DNA from: Methanomassiliicoccaceae archaeon
GTDB taxonomy: Archaea > Thermoplasmatota > Thermoplasmata > Methanomassiliicoccales > Methanomethylophilaceae
NCBI GenBank assembly: GCA_003555025.1
Contig: PWHV01000011.1
Location: 12,101-76,100 of the forward strand
Length of the DNA: 64,000 bases
Reading direction: 5' to 3'
Part shown: positions 8,142 through 17,641 of the stretch, piece after piece
Layout: each line of letters opens with the position of its first letter
Numbering within the stretch: position 1 is the stretch's first letter
Program-made: the position numbers and the translations under genes
The notes under the pieces: model-generated
What the model was told of the DNA's origin: nothing
The model's input: the letters and a program-made list of their open reading frames with translations, nothing else
Databases searched by the model: none

Positions 8142-9137
8142 ATGCCGCAAAAAAGACGTCCTAAACGAGGTTCGAGAGCCTATGGCCCACGCAAGAGGGC
8201 CTCCAGGCAGACACCAAGGCTAGACTCATGGCCCGATATCAGCGGAGCCCCTAAGGTACAGGGCTTCGCCGGTTACAAGGCCGGAATGACACACGCGTTC
8301 ATCACCGACAGCCGCCAGGCCAGCACCACCTCCGGGCAGGAGGTGCAGGTGCCGGTGACCGTGCTCGAGGTGCCGCCCATGAGGGTGGCGGCCGTCCGTT
8401 TCTACGAGGCGAGCGAGTACGGCCTCAAGACCCTGGGCGAGGTTTGGGCCAACGAGCTCGACCCGCTGCTCTCCCGCAGACTGAGCGTTCCTAAGAACCA
8501 CAACGACGCATCGTTCTCCAAGTACGAGGGCGCGGACATCGAGGACGTCCGCGTGCTCGCTTACACCCAGCCCCGGATGGTCAAAGGCATCCCCAAGAAG
8601 GTGCCTGACCTCATGGAGCTGAGGATCGGCGGCGGGACGATCGACGAGCGCGTCGAGCTCGCCAAGAGCGTCCTGGGTGCGGACATGGGAATCTCGGACT
8701 TCGCTGGCGAAGGCTCGCTGGTGGACGTCTCCGCGGTCACCAAGGGCAAGGGATTCCAGGGCGCGGTAAAGCGTTTCGGCGTTAAGCTGCTGGACCACAA
8801 GAACAGCAAGCACCGCCGCATGGGGGGCAACCTCGGCCCCAAGAGGCCCGGGTACGTCAGGCCCACCATCCCCATGGCTGGACAGATGGGCTATCACCAG
8901 CGTACTGAGTTCAACAAGCAGATAATCAAGATCGGCGCCGAGGGGGCGGAGATATCCCCCAGGGGCGGCTTCCTGCAGTACGGCGATGTGTCCAACCCCT
9001 ACGTGCTGGTGCACGGCTCCGTGCCGGGCCCGGTCAAAAGGCTGGTAAGGTTCAGGGATCCCGTGCGCGTGAGCAAGAAGTCGGCCGAGCCGGTCAGCAT
9101 AACCTACGTCTCCACAGAGTCCAAGCAGGGGGCCTGA
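8142..9137 (+). CDS. rpl3: 50S ribosomal protein uL3
   Basis: RGSRAYGPRKRA...GFAGYKAGMTH. First gene of the conserved L3-L4-L23-L2 block. Confidence 0.97.
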   Translation: MPQKRRPKRGSRAYGPRKRASRQTPRLDSWPDISGAPKVQGFAGYKAGMTHAFITDSRQASTTSGQEVQVPVTVLEVPPMRVAAVRFYEASEYGLKTLGEVWANELDPLLSRRLSVPKNHNDASFSKYEGADIEDVRVLAYTQPRMVKGIPKKVPDLMELRIGGGTIDERVELAKSVLGADMGISDFAGEGSLVDVSAVTKGKGFQGAVKRFGVKLLDHKNSKHRRMGGNLGPKRPGYVRPTIPMAGQMGYHQRTEFNKQIIKIGAEGAEISPRGGFLQYGDVSNPYVLVHGSVPGPVKRLVRFRDPVRVSKKSAEPVSITYVSTESKQGA

Positions 9138-9139
9138 AG

Positions 9140-9922
9140 ATGGCGAGCAAGGAGAGATCAACCAACGTTTACTCGGTCAGCGGTGACGTGGTCAAGAGCA
9201 TAGCCGTTCCCCCGGCGTTCGAGACCCCCTTCCGCCCCGACATGATAAAAAAGGCGGTAGTGGCCGCTGAGGCCAACCGGAGGCAGCCCTACGGGCCGTC
9301 CAAGGGGGCGGGCATGAGGCATGCGGTGAGCACCTGGGGCAAGGGCCGCGGCGTGGCACGTGTCCAGAGGCTTTCCCAGGGCCGCAGCGGCGCCGAATCC
9401 CCAAACAACGTCACCGGACGCCGCGGCCACCCGCCGGTCCCGGAGAAGGACTGGTCCAAGAAGATGAACAACAAGGAGCGCATCCTCGCCCGCTTGTCCG
9501 CCCTCGCCGCCGTCGGCGACGAGAGCGCCGTCAGGGCGCGCGGTCATCTTTTCGAAGGCGAACTGCGCTTCCCCTTGGTTATGGAGGACAACGTCCAGGA
9601 GCTCTCGGCCACCGCCGACGTCTACGAAGCGCTGTCATCCATCGGCCTCGAGGACGACCTCGTCAGGGCCAAAGAGGGGCGCAAGATCCGCGCCGGCAAG
9701 GGGACCATGCGCAACCGCAAGTACAAGACCCCGCGCAGCCTGCTGCTGGTGGTCTCTGACAGGGAAGCTCCGGTGTTCAAGGGCGCCGCCAACATCCTCG
9801 GCGTCGAGGTCGCTTCGGTGGACTCCCTCAACTCCAGCGTGCTCGCCCCCGGCGGCTCACCAGGAAGGCTGACGGTGTTCAGCGAGTCCGCCCTCAGGCA
9901 GATAGGAGAGTGGCGAGCATGA
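9140..9922 (+). CDS. rpl4: 50S ribosomal protein uL4
   Basis: RQPYGPSKGAGMRHAVSTWGKGRGVARVQRL, and position in the operon. Confidence 0.95.
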   Translation: MASKERSTNVYSVSGDVVKSIAVPPAFETPFRPDMIKKAVVAAEANRRQPYGPSKGAGMRHAVSTWGKGRGVARVQRLSQGRSGAESPNNVTGRRGHPPVPEKDWSKKMNNKERILARLSALAAVGDESAVRARGHLFEGELRFPLVMEDNVQELSATADVYEALSSIGLEDDLVRAKEGRKIRAGKGTMRNRKYKTPRSLLLVVSDREAPVFKGAANILGVEVASVDSLNSSVLAPGGSPGRLTVFSESALRQIGEWRA

Positions 9923-10200
9923 ATAAGGACAGCATCCTGATACACCCTTACGTGACCGAGAAAGCGATGAACCACCTCTCCGGCTCGCCCGTGCAGGACC
10001 ACCGCGACGGCAACCGTTTGGAGTTCATAGTGCACCGCGATGCCGACAAGGCCCAGATAAAGGAGGTCTTCGAGGAGCGCTTCGAGGTCAAGGTCGAGAA
10101 GGTCTGGACTAGGATCGAGAAGAACGGCAAGCACGCCATAATAAAACTTGCTGAAGGCTACTCCGCCGAGGAGGTCGGCTCCAGGATAGGAGTGTTCTGA
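9919..10200 (+). CDS. rpl23: 50S ribosomal protein uL23
   Basis: MNKDSILIHPYVTEKAMN... ATG 9919 overlaps the rpl4 stop (ATGA). The track GTG at 9910 is an alternative start. Confidence 0.93.
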   Translation: MNKDSILIHPYVTEKAMNHLSGSPVQDHRDGNRLEFIVHRDADKAQIKEVFEERFEVKVEKVWTRIEKNGKHAIIKLAEGYSAEEVGSRIGVF

Positions 10201-10212
10201 GGGGAGATATAC

Positions 10213-10911
10213 ATGGGAAAGAGACTTATCACACAGAGAAGGGGGCGAGGAGGCTCCCACTACCGTTCCCCCAGCCACAGGCACCTCTCCGAGGCGTCCC
10301 ATCCCCGCAACGATAGCGGGGTGGGGAAGATCATAGACCTGGTCCACGCCCCGGGAAGGACCAGCCCCATGGCGCTGGTGGATTTCGACGGCAACAAGGT
10401 CTACACCATAGCCGCCGAGGGGATGAAGGTCGGCCAGGACCTGCAGGTGGCTGACGCGGCCCATCTGCGTCCAGGCAACGTGATGCCCCTGGGCAGTATA
10501 ACCGAGGGCACACCGGTGCACAACCTGGAGGGGGCGCCCGGCGACGGAGGCAAGTTCATACGCACCGCCGGCACCAGTGGCACGGTCGTCAGCCGTGGTA
10601 ACAAGGTCACGATCATGATGCCATCCGGCGCCATGAAGGCCTTCGATCCCAAGTGCCGCGGCGCGGTCGGCATAGTGGCCGGAGGCGGCAGGACCGACAA
10701 GCCCATGGGCAAGTCGGGCAAGAAATTCCATACATACCGGTCCCGGAGCAAATCCCACATCAAGGTGAGCGGCGTGGCGATGAATCCCGTCGACCACCCC
10801 CACGGCGGCGGAAGCCATCAGCACGTGGGCGTGGCCAGCACCGTGAGCAGGAACGCTCCCCCGGGTAGGAAGGTGGGCCGCCTTTCGCCCAAGAAGAAGA
10901 GGAGGAAGTGA
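10213..10911 (+). CDS. rpl2: 50S ribosomal protein uL2
   Basis: MGKRLITQRRGRGG...HPHGGG signature. Confidence 0.97.
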   Translation: MGKRLITQRRGRGGSHYRSPSHRHLSEASHPRNDSGVGKIIDLVHAPGRTSPMALVDFDGNKVYTIAAEGMKVGQDLQVADAAHLRPGNVMPLGSITEGTPVHNLEGAPGDGGKFIRTAGTSGTVVSRGNKVTIMMPSGAMKAFDPKCRGAVGIVAGGGRTDKPMGKSGKKFHTYRSRSKSHIKVSGVAMNPVDHPHGGGSHQHVGVASTVSRNAPPGRKVGRLSPKKKRRK

Positions 10912-10916
10912 TCTAA

Positions 10917-11390
10917 ATGGCAAAAAGATCGAAGAAGATCATAGCCGGCTCGGCGAAGGCATCGAGGAGGAGGGCCCGTAAGAAGGCCAGCGCGATACAG
11001 GCGAGGAGGAAGAAGGAGTTCACCTATCGCGGTTACACCATGGAGGAGCTCCGGGAGATGCCCTTCGATGAGGTGTTGGAACTCCTCCCTTCACGGGCCA
11101 GGCGGACCTACGAGGTGGGCCTCAACCCTGAGCAGAAGGTCCTGGTGGACAAGTTGAAGGCCTCCGACGGCCAGACAATAAGGACCCACCGCCGCGACAT
11201 CCCCATCATACCGCAGTTCGTTGGCAAGTCCGTCGCCGTGTACACCGGAAAGGAATTCAAGGATATCGAGATCAAGCCGGAGATGATCGGCCACTTCCTG
11301 GGAGAGTTCGCGCTCACCCGGAGGAGCCCGCAGCACACCGGACCGGGCGTCGGCGCCACCAGGTCGTCGAAGTTCATGCCGTTGAAGTGA
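10917..11390 (+). CDS. rps19: 30S ribosomal protein uS19
   Basis: FTYRGYTMEEL...HTGPGVGATRSSKFMPLK. Operon position. Confidence 0.95.
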   Translation: MAKRSKKIIAGSAKASRRRARKKASAIQARRKKEFTYRGYTMEELREMPFDEVLELLPSRARRTYEVGLNPEQKVLVDKLKASDGQTIRTHRRDIPIIPQFVGKSVAVYTGKEFKDIEIKPEMIGHFLGEFALTRRSPQHTGPGVGATRSSKFMPLK

Positions 11391-11399
11391 GGTGATGGG

Positions 11400-11846
11400 A
11401 TGGCAGGATACACAGTACAGACCGATCCGGACATAACCGCCAAAGCCATCGGCAAGGAGCTTCCCATATCCCCGCGGCACTCCCGCGAGATATGCAAGAT
11501 GATCCGCGGCATGGACATCGATGAGGCCAAGGGCCTGCTCGGCGATGTCATCGAGATGAAGAAGGCGGTGCCGATGCGCCGTTTCAAGAAGCGCGTGTCC
11601 CACAAGTCCGGGGTCGGCCCCGGCAGGTACCCGCAGAAGGCCGCCAAGGCCATATTGAAGGTGGTGGAGAACGCCGCCGCCAATGCTGAGTACAAGGGCC
11701 TGGAGCCCGACGGCATGGTGCTGGCGGCGGTCTCTTCCTCGTTAGGGAGGACCATACCAGGCCACCGCCCCCGGGCCTACGGCCGCGCCACCCAGTGGAA
11801 TCAGCAGACGGTCAACGTGGAGATCGTGCTGGAGGAGGTAGAGTAA
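11400..11846 (+). CDS. rpl22: 50S ribosomal protein uL22
   Basis: AKAIGKELPISPRHSREICKMIRGM... Operon position. Confidence 0.95.
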   Translation: MAGYTVQTDPDITAKAIGKELPISPRHSREICKMIRGMDIDEAKGLLGDVIEMKKAVPMRRFKKRVSHKSGVGPGRYPQKAAKAILKVVENAAANAEYKGLEPDGMVLAAVSSSLGRTIPGHRPRAYGRATQWNQQTVNVEIVLEEVE

Positions 11847-11848
11847 TC

Positions 11849-12763
11849 ATGGCGTCAGAACGAAGATTCGTCGCCGAGAACGTCCGCAGGGTCCTTCTCA
11901 GGGAGTACCTCATGAAGGAGGTAAGCAGGGCGGGATTCGGCGGATTGGACATACAGAGGACACCCATGGGGACCCGCGTGGTCCTCACAACCGAGAGGCC
12001 CGGGCTGGTCATCGGCAGGCGCGGTCAGACCATCAAGAACCTGACCAGCGCCATCGAGAACAACTTCGGCTTCGACAACCCCCAGATAGAGGTCCAGGAG
12101 GTCGAGGACCCCAACCTCAACGCCCAGATAATGGCGGAGAAGCTGGCCTTCGCTCTCGAGCGTGGATGGCACTTCCGCCGCGCCGGACACTCCTCGGTGC
12201 GCCGCATAATGGAGTCCGGGGCGAGGGGCTGCCAGGTGGTGGTCTCCGGGAAGCTCACCGGACAGAGGCACCGTTGCGAGAAGTTCAAGGACGGCTACAT
12301 CAAGTTCTGCGGCGAGCCCAAGCTGCAGTTCATCGACACCGGCTACGCGGTCGCCAAGCTGAAGCAGGGCGTCATCGGTTGCACTGTGGAGATAATGAGG
12401 CCGGGCTCGACCCTGCCCTCGGACATAACTGTGATCTCCAAGACCGATGCGGCCGAGGCCCTCCCTGAGCTCTTCTCCGCCCCGGCGGAGGACGAAGAGG
12501 GGACGGAAGACGCCTCCCTGGATGTCGACGAGGCCGCGGCGGATGCCGCTATCGAGGCCGAGGAGCCCGCCGCTGAGACCGCCGCTGAGACCGCCGAGGA
12601 GCCCGCCGCTGAGACCGCCGCTGAGACCGCCGAGGAGCCCGCAGAGGGGCCCGATGCGGCCGCCGAGGAGCCTGAAGAAGCTCCCGCGGAGCCCTCCGTA
12701 AAGGCTGAAGAGCCCGCCGAAGGGTCCGATGAGAAGGCCGGGCAGGCGGAGGAGGATCAATGA
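11849..12763 (+). CDS. rps3: 30S ribosomal protein uS3 with acidic repetitive C-terminal tail
   Basis: MASERRFVAENVRRVLLREYL plus a KH domain. ATG 11849 lies 2 nt after the rpl22 TAA. The tail is EEPAAETAAETA repeats. Confidence 0.95.
   Translation: MASERRFVAENVRRVLLREYLMKEVSRAGFGGLDIQRTPMGTRVVLTTERPGLVIGRRGQTIKNLTSAIENNFGFDNPQIEVQEVEDPNLNAQIMAEKLAFALERGWHFRRAGHSSVRRIMESGARGCQVVVSGKLTGQRHRCEKFKDGYIKFCGEPKLQFIDTGYAVAKLKQGVIGCTVEIMRPGSTLPSDITVISKTDAAEALPELFSAPAEDEEGTEDASLDVDEAAADAAIEAEEPAAETAAETAEEPAAETAAETAEEPAEGPDAAAEEPEEAPAEPSVKAEEPAEGSDEKAGQAEEDQ
12560..12643 (+). repeat. 36-nt tandem repeat (2 full copies plus a partial) inside the rps3 3' end
   Basis: gaggagcccgccgctgagaccgccgctgagaccgcc occurs at 12560-12595 and again at 12596-12631, then gaggagcccgca. 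Each unit contains a 12-nt sub-repeat, gccgctgagacc. Confidence 0.9.
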
Positions 12764-12960
12764 CATCAATAAAGCCCTCTGAGGCAAGACAGATGAGCGC
12801 CGAGGAGCGCGAGCAGAAGCTCAAGGAGCTCAGGGACGAGCTCATGCACGAGAGGGGCACCGCCGCCATGGGCGGGGCGCCCGCCAACCCGGGCATGATA
12901 AGGGCCCTGAGGACCAACATCGCCCGCATCCTCACCGTCCAAAGGGAGGAAAAGAGGTAA
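12760..12960 (+). CDS. rpl29: 50S ribosomal protein uL29
   Basis: 66 aa, MSAEEREQKLKELRDELMHERG... Overlaps the rps3 stop. Confidence 0.93.
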   Translation: MTSIKPSEARQMSAEEREQKLKELRDELMHERGTAAMGGAPANPGMIRALRTNIARILTVQREEKR

Positions 12961-13259
12961 TGGCGGAGATCTGCCCCGTATGTGGACTGCCGAAAGAGCT
13001 CTGCATGTGCGAGGAGATAGCTCGCGAGCAGCAGAGCGTGAGGATCAGCACTGACAGCCGTAGATACGGCAAGACCGTCACCGTCATCGAAGGCATCGAT
13101 GAGAACGACATAGACATAGACGACCTGGCAAGACAGCTCAAGAACCGATGCGCCGCCGGCGGCACCGCCAAGGCCGGCCGCATCGAACTCCAAGGGAATC
13201 ACAAGAAGAAGGTGAAATCCGTGCTGGAGGATATGGGCTTCTCGGCCGAGGTCCGGTGA
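12960..13259 (+). CDS. translation initiation factor aSUI1 (eIF1 homolog)
   Basis: CPVCGLPKELCMC Zn knuckle followed by a SUI1 fold (YGKTVTVIEGI...RIELQGNH). Confidence 0.92.
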   Translation: MAEICPVCGLPKELCMCEEIAREQQSVRISTDSRRYGKTVTVIEGIDENDIDIDDLARQLKNRCAAGGTAKAGRIELQGNHKKKVKSVLEDMGFSAEVR

Positions 13260-13260
13260 C

Positions 13261-13518
13261 ATGAACAAGAAGGATTTGATGAGAATGGAACTCATAGGCA
13301 TGGATACGGAAGTGGTGTCGCGCGGCACGTTCCACGGTATGCGCGGAATGGTGGTCGACGAGACCCGCAACACATTGGTGCTCTCCACCCCCGAGGGTGA
13401 GAGGACGGTCCCCAAGAAAGCCAACGAGTTCCTCTTCACATACGATGAACAGGGCATAGCCATACAAGGTTCAGAGATACTGCACCGACCAGAGGACAGG
13501 ATAAAGAAGGTTAGGTGA
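13261..13518 (+). CDS. rnp1: RNase P protein component 1 (Rpp29/Pop4)
   Basis: ELIGMDTEVVSRGTFHGMRGMVVDETRNTLVL is typical Rpp29. Conserved position between SUI1 and S17. Confidence 0.88.
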   Translation: MNKKDLMRMELIGMDTEVVSRGTFHGMRGMVVDETRNTLVLSTPEGERTVPKKANEFLFTYDEQGIAIQGSEILHRPEDRIKKVR

Positions 13519-13522
13519 TCCC

Positions 13523-13852
13523 ATGGATAGCAAGATCAGAGACATAGGCATCGACGTCAACCCTCCCGCCTCCACCTGCGAAGACCCCCACTGCCCCTTC
13601 CACGGAACCATATCCGTGCGCGGCAGGATGATCGACGGCAAGGTGGTCTCCACCAAGATGGACAGGACAGCGGTGGTTGAGAAGACACACCTGAGATATC
13701 AGAACAAGTACGAGAGATACGAGAAGAGGACAGGCCGCTATTCGGTCCACGCCCCTCCCTGTATGGAGATCAGACCAGGGGACGAGGTCCGGATAATGGA
13801 GTGCCGCCCCATCAGCAAGACCGTCTCTTTCGTGGCCATTGACAAGAGGTGA
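13523..13852 (+). CDS. rps17: 30S ribosomal protein uS17
   Basis: CEDPHCPFHGTISVRGR...RIMECRPISKTVSF. Confidence 0.95.
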   Translation: MDSKIRDIGIDVNPPASTCEDPHCPFHGTISVRGRMIDGKVVSTKMDRTAVVEKTHLRYQNKYERYEKRTGRYSVHAPPCMEIRPGDEVRIMECRPISKTVSFVAIDKR

Positions 13853-14256
13853 AGGGCATGAAAGGATTGGCAGGCAATCAGACCAAAGGCATCCAGACCG
13901 GCACCAGGCTCGACGTGGTGGACAACACCGGAGCCAAGGTGATCGAGGTCATAGCGGTGCCTGGCTACAAAGGGGTGGCGCGACGATACCCCCGCGCCGC
14001 CGTGGGCGACATCGTGATCGGCTCGGTGAAGAAGGGCACCCCGGAGATGAGGCGGCAGATAGTGCATGCGGTCGTCGTAAGGCAGAGGAGGCCCTACCGC
14101 CGCGCCGACGGCACCATGGTCTTCTTCGAGGACAACGCCGCCGTGGTGACCACCGAGGATGGTGACACCAAGGGGACCGACATAAAAGGCCCGGTGTCCC
14201 GCGAGTCCGCCGAGAGGTGGCCCCGCGTATCGGCGACGGCGTCGATGATAGTGTGA
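13849..14256 (+). CDS. rpl14: 50S ribosomal protein uL14
   Basis: GTRLDVVDNTGAKVIEVI... GTG 13849 overlaps the rps17 stop. ATG 13858 is an alternative start. Confidence 0.95.
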   Translation: MKGMKGLAGNQTKGIQTGTRLDVVDNTGAKVIEVIAVPGYKGVARRYPRAAVGDIVIGSVKKGTPEMRRQIVHAVVVRQRRPYRRADGTMVFFEDNAAVVTTEDGDTKGTDIKGPVSRESAERWPRVSATASMIV

Positions 14257-14266
14257 GGTGGGCAAG

Positions 14267-14644
14267 ATGGTAAAGAGCAGCAAAGCCAGAAAGCAGAGGA
14301 AGGCGCATTACAACGCTCCCAACCATGCTCGCAGGAAGGCCTTGGCCTCTCCGCTCAGCCCCGAGCTGAGGGAGAAGTACGGCAAGAGGTCGATGCCCGT
14401 CGTCGCCGGGGACACCGTGATGGTGACCCGGGGCAACGAGGACGTGCGCGGCATCGAGGGCAAGGTCCTGGAGGTTAGGACCAGGACGGGCAGAGTAAGT
14501 GTCGAAGGCATCACCTCTGCCCAGGCGGACGGCACCGAGGTAAGCAACCCGGTGCATGCGTCCAACGTTATGATAACCAAGCTGGAGCTCTCCGACGAAT
14601 GGAGGAAGGACAAGCTCCTGAGGAAGAATGAGGTGGCAGAATGA
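14267..14644 (+). CDS. rpl24: 50S ribosomal protein uL24
   Basis: MVKSSKARKQRKAHYNAPNHARRK matches archaeal L24 N-termini. GAGGTG lies upstream of ATG 14267. The track start at 14258 is GTG. Confidence 0.93.
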   Translation: MVKSSKARKQRKAHYNAPNHARRKALASPLSPELREKYGKRSMPVVAGDTVMVTRGNEDVRGIEGKVLEVRTRTGRVSVEGITSAQADGTEVSNPVHASNVMITKLELSDEWRKDKLLRKNEVAE

Positions 14645-15348
14645 GCGGCTATATGAAGAGGCTCACCGCGCCCAGGACTTGGCCCATCAAGAGGAAGGTA
14701 AGCACCTGGGTGACGAAGCAGTACCCCGGCCCGCATTCGGTGGAGAACAGCATGCCCGCCCTGCTGCTTGTCAGGGATGTGCTAGGGCTCTGTGACACCG
14801 CCCGCGAGGCGGAGGGGATCATAGGCAGGAGAGAGATACTCGTCGACGGCAGGAAGGTGAAGAACGCCAAGTTGCCCATCGGCATCATGGATGTGGTCAC
14901 CGTCCCCAAGCTCGATGCGAGCTATCGCGTCCTGCTCAGCGACAAGGGCAAGATAATGCTGATGCCCATCGAGGCCGCCGACGCCGCCTGGAAGTTGGTG
15001 CGCGTTGAGGACAAGACCTCGATCAAAGGGGGCAAGACGCAGATCAACCTCCACGACGGGCGCAACATCGTCCTCGACGAGGACAAATACCGCACCGGGG
15101 ACGTGCTCAAGATGGCGGTCCCCGATCAGGAGATAGTCGACCACTATCCCTTGGACAAGGGAGGGGTGGCGCTGGTGATCCGCGGCAGCCTCGCCGGAGA
15201 GGTCGCCACCGTGGACGAGTACCAGGTCACCCGCAGGCCCACGCCCAACGTGGTCCGCTTTACCAACGGCCACGAGACCGTGAAGGACAATGTGTTCGTC
15301 ATCGGCAGCGGATCGCCGGAGATTAGCCTGCCGGGGGTGTCGGCATGA
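14641..15348 (+). CDS. rps4e: 30S ribosomal protein eS4
   Basis: MKRLTAPRTWPIKRKVSTWVTK... Confidence 0.95.
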   Translation: MSGYMKRLTAPRTWPIKRKVSTWVTKQYPGPHSVENSMPALLLVRDVLGLCDTAREAEGIIGRREILVDGRKVKNAKLPIGIMDVVTVPKLDASYRVLLSDKGKIMLMPIEAADAAWKLVRVEDKTSIKGGKTQINLHDGRNIVLDEDKYRTGDVLKMAVPDQEIVDHYPLDKGGVALVIRGSLAGEVATVDEYQVTRRPTPNVVRFTNGHETVKDNVFVIGSGSPEISLPGVSA

Positions 15349-15854
15349 GCAACATGCGCGAGCCTCGCATCGAGAAGGTGACCGTCAACATCGGCGTCGG
15401 CGAGGCCGGCGAAAGGCTGGTGAAGGCGCAGAAGGTCATCGAGATGGTCACCGGGCAGGACTCGGTCCAGACGATGTCCGGCACCATAAACCGCGACCTC
15501 GGCATCCGCAAGGGCATGCCCCTGGGATGCAAGGTCACCCTCCGTGGCGAGGATGCCAACGAGTTCCTCGTCAAGGCCTTGGAGATAAGGGACAGCCGCC
15601 TTCCGGTCTACTCGTTCGACCCGGAGGGGAACCTCTCATTCGGGATCGGCGACTACACTGACTTCGAGGGCATGAAGTACGACCCCGAGATAGGCATATT
15701 CGGAATGGACGTCAACGTGGTCCTGAAAAGACCAGGATACCGCGTGACCCAGAGGCGGGTGATGAGGCGCAAGCTACCGCGCGGTCACCGCGTCACGCCC
15801 GAGGAGGCGCAGTCTTACATGAAAGAGAACTACGACCTCGAGGTGGTGGAATGA
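15345..15854 (+). CDS. rpl5: 50S ribosomal protein uL5
   Basis: [22 protein letters not shown]... Confidence 0.95.
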   Translation: MSNMREPRIEKVTVNIGVGEAGERLVKAQKVIEMVTGQDSVQTMSGTINRDLGIRKGMPLGCKVTLRGEDANEFLVKALEIRDSRLPVYSFDPEGNLSFGIGDYTDFEGMKYDPEIGIFGMDVNVVLKRPGYRVTQRRVMRRKLPRGHRVTPEEAQSYMKENYDLEVVE

Positions 15855-15997
15855 AACCCAAGAAAGAATTCGGCAGGACCGAAGGGTGCAATCGCTGCGG
15901 CAGGAAGCGCGGCATAATCAGGAGATATGGTATGCACCTCTGCCGCCAGTGCTTCAGGGAGATCGCTCCCCAGCTGGGATTCAAGAAGTATTCGTGA
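15851..15997 (+). CDS. rps14: 30S ribosomal protein uS14 (type Z, zinc-binding)
   Basis: Hand-translated 48 aa: [48 protein letters not shown]. It has CxxC...CxxC and sits in the expected L5-S14-S8 slot. It falls below the ORF-track length cutoff. Confidence 0.92.
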   Translation: MKPKKEFGRTEGCNRCGRKRGIIRRYGMHLCRQCFREIAPQLGFKKYS

Positions 15998-16006
15998 GGT
16001 GATGAG

Positions 16007-16396
16007 ATGCAGAGTGATCCTTTGAACGACGCGATGTCGATCATGAAGAACGCCGCAGCGGTGGGAAAGAGCGAATGTTACATCAGACCGTCCTCCAAGC
16101 TCATCGGCCGCGTGCTGAAGGTCATGCAGGACCACGGATACATCAACCAGTTCGAGTACATCGAGGATGGCAGGGCAGGCGAGTTCCGTGTAATGATGAA
16201 GGGCGCCATAAACAACTGCGGCGTCATAAAGCCCCGCCACTCGGTGAAGAGAAGCGATCTGGAGAAATTCGAGGCCCGCTATCTGCCGGCGCAGGACTTC
16301 GGCGTCCTCATACTGACGACGACCGAAGGCGTAATAACCCAAGCCCAGGCCAAGGACCTGGGCATGGGCGGCAAGTTGCTGGCGTACGTCTACTGA
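16007..16396 (+). CDS. rps8: 30S ribosomal protein uS8
   Basis: [21 protein letters not shown]... Confidence 0.95.
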   Translation: MQSDPLNDAMSIMKNAAAVGKSECYIRPSSKLIGRVLKVMQDHGYINQFEYIEDGRAGEFRVMMKGAINNCGVIKPRHSVKRSDLEKFEARYLPAQDFGVLILTTTEGVITQAQAKDLGMGGKLLAYVY

Positions 16397-16406
16397 GGTG
16401 AAGGAG

Positions 16407-16958
16407 ATGGCAATTACCGGTATCATCGACAAGGAGATAGAGATACTAGAGGACGTCACCGTCACCAAGGAGGGCAACACGCTGACCGTGAAAGGCCCCA
16501 AGGGCGAGCTCTCGCGGGAGTTCAGGTTCCCGCGGGTGGAGGTTGTGGTGTCCGAGGACAAGGTCAACCTGCGCTCGGAGTTCCCCCGGGTGCGGGAGAA
16601 AGCCATCATTGGCACCTTCGAGTCGCACATCCGCAACATGATGTACGGCGTCAAGGAGGGGTACACCTACAACATGAAGGTGTTGTACTCCCACTTCCCC
16701 ATGAAGGTCAGCGTCAAGGACGACATGGTGATGATAGACAACTACATGGGCGGAAAGGCTAGGCGCTACGCCAAGATAGCCGACGAGGTCAAGGTCTCCG
16801 TCAAGGGGGCCGACGTGACACTGGAGAGCATCGACCGCGAAGCCTGCGGCCAGACCGCCGCCAACATCGAGAAGGCGACCCGTCGCCGCGGCTTCGACCG
16901 CCGCACATTCCAGGACGGGATATATATCGTCGACAAGGGCAAGAGGGTGAGCGAATGA
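16407..16958 (+). CDS. rpl6: 50S ribosomal protein uL6
   Basis: Two uL6 repeats (TVKGPKGELSREF...). ATG 16407 is preceded by GGTGAAGGAG. The track GTG at 16398 is an alternative start. Confidence 0.93.
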   Translation: MAITGIIDKEIEILEDVTVTKEGNTLTVKGPKGELSREFRFPRVEVVVSEDKVNLRSEFPRVREKAIIGTFESHIRNMMYGVKEGYTYNMKVLYSHFPMKVSVKDDMVMIDNYMGGKARRYAKIADEVKVSVKGADVTLESIDREACGQTAANIEKATRRRGFDRRTFQDGIYIVDKGKRVSE

Positions 16959-17641
16959 GCATAGAGAAGCTGAATGAGCTGCCCGGCCTCAAGGAGGAGC
17001 ACATCGAGCTCCTGGCGGACATGAACATCGAGTCATTGGCCGACATGAGCGAGGCCCTTGAGGACGAGGAGACCGTCAAGGACATAATGGGGATGCTCAA
17101 GGGAGTGGGCCCCAAGACCGTTGAGAAGTGGAAGGACGCCCTCGTCGACGCCGTCATCGTGGAAGAGGAGGAAGAGGACGAGGAGCCTGAGGACGTGGAG
17201 TTCGTGGACGAGGAGGACGCCGAGGAAGGCGTCCATGTGGCCAAGGCCAAGCCCGAGCTCGATGACTCTATCCGCGCGCGGCTGGCGCTGCGCTCGAGGG
17301 CGAACTCCCTCCGCCCCGCATTCAAGAGGCAGGAGTGGTTCCGCTACAGCAAGCTGGGCGACAAATGGCGCCGGCCCAAGGGCATACATTCCAAGATGAG
17401 GCGCGGCCTAAAGCGCCGCCCGCCATTGGTGAAGGTGGGATACCGCGGCCCCAAGGAGGTCCGCGGTCTGCATCCTTCGGGATTCGCCGAGGTGCTGGTG
17501 CACAACACCTCCCAGCTCGAGGGACTGGACCCCAAGGTGCAGGCGGTGCGCATCGCCTCCACCGTGGGAGTGAAGAAGAGGATCGACATAGAGGACATGG
17601 CCGAAGAGCTCGGCATAAGGGTCCTCAACAGGATGGGATGA
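16955..17641 (+). CDS. rpl32e: 50S ribosomal protein eL32 with N-terminal helix-hairpin-helix and acidic extension
   Basis: C-terminal core RQEWFRYSKLGDKWRRPKGIHSKMR...GIRVLN. The N-terminal roughly 110 aa are HhH-like (LKGVGPKTVEKW) followed by an E/D-rich linker. Confidence 0.92.
   Translation: MSIEKLNELPGLKEEHIELLADMNIESLADMSEALEDEETVKDIMGMLKGVGPKTVEKWKDALVDAVIVEEEEEDEEPEDVEFVDEEDAEEGVHVAKAKPELDDSIRARLALRSRANSLRPAFKRQEWFRYSKLGDKWRRPKGIHSKMRRGLKRRPPLVKVGYRGPKEVRGLHPSGFAEVLVHNTSQLEGLDPKVQAVRIASTVGVKKRIDIEDMAEELGIRVLNRMG

Noticed and set aside
9622-10923. 433-aa minus-strand ORF across rpl4-rpl23-rpl2, and similar long antisense ORFs (3263-4087, 8226-9161, 11855-12787, 13949-14557, 38228-39112, 40486-41928, 56858-57928, 60649-61680)
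   Set aside because: All overlap strongly conserved genes on the other strand. They are Arg/Gly/Pro/Ala/His-rich low-complexity translations caused by GC-driven stop-codon scarcity.
12447-12701. Repeat-rich stretch that could be mistaken for a CRISPR-like or minisatellite element
   Set aside because: It lies in frame inside rps3 and encodes the acidic tail. The units are contiguous with no spacers. The alternative-frame ORF (PRSPPLRPPLRPP...) is an artefact.
16955-17300. N-terminal HhH/acidic extension of L32e as a novel fusion
   Set aside because: From memory, comparable long N-terminal extensions with HhH-like motifs and acidic linkers are known for haloarchaeal L32e, so it is not novel.
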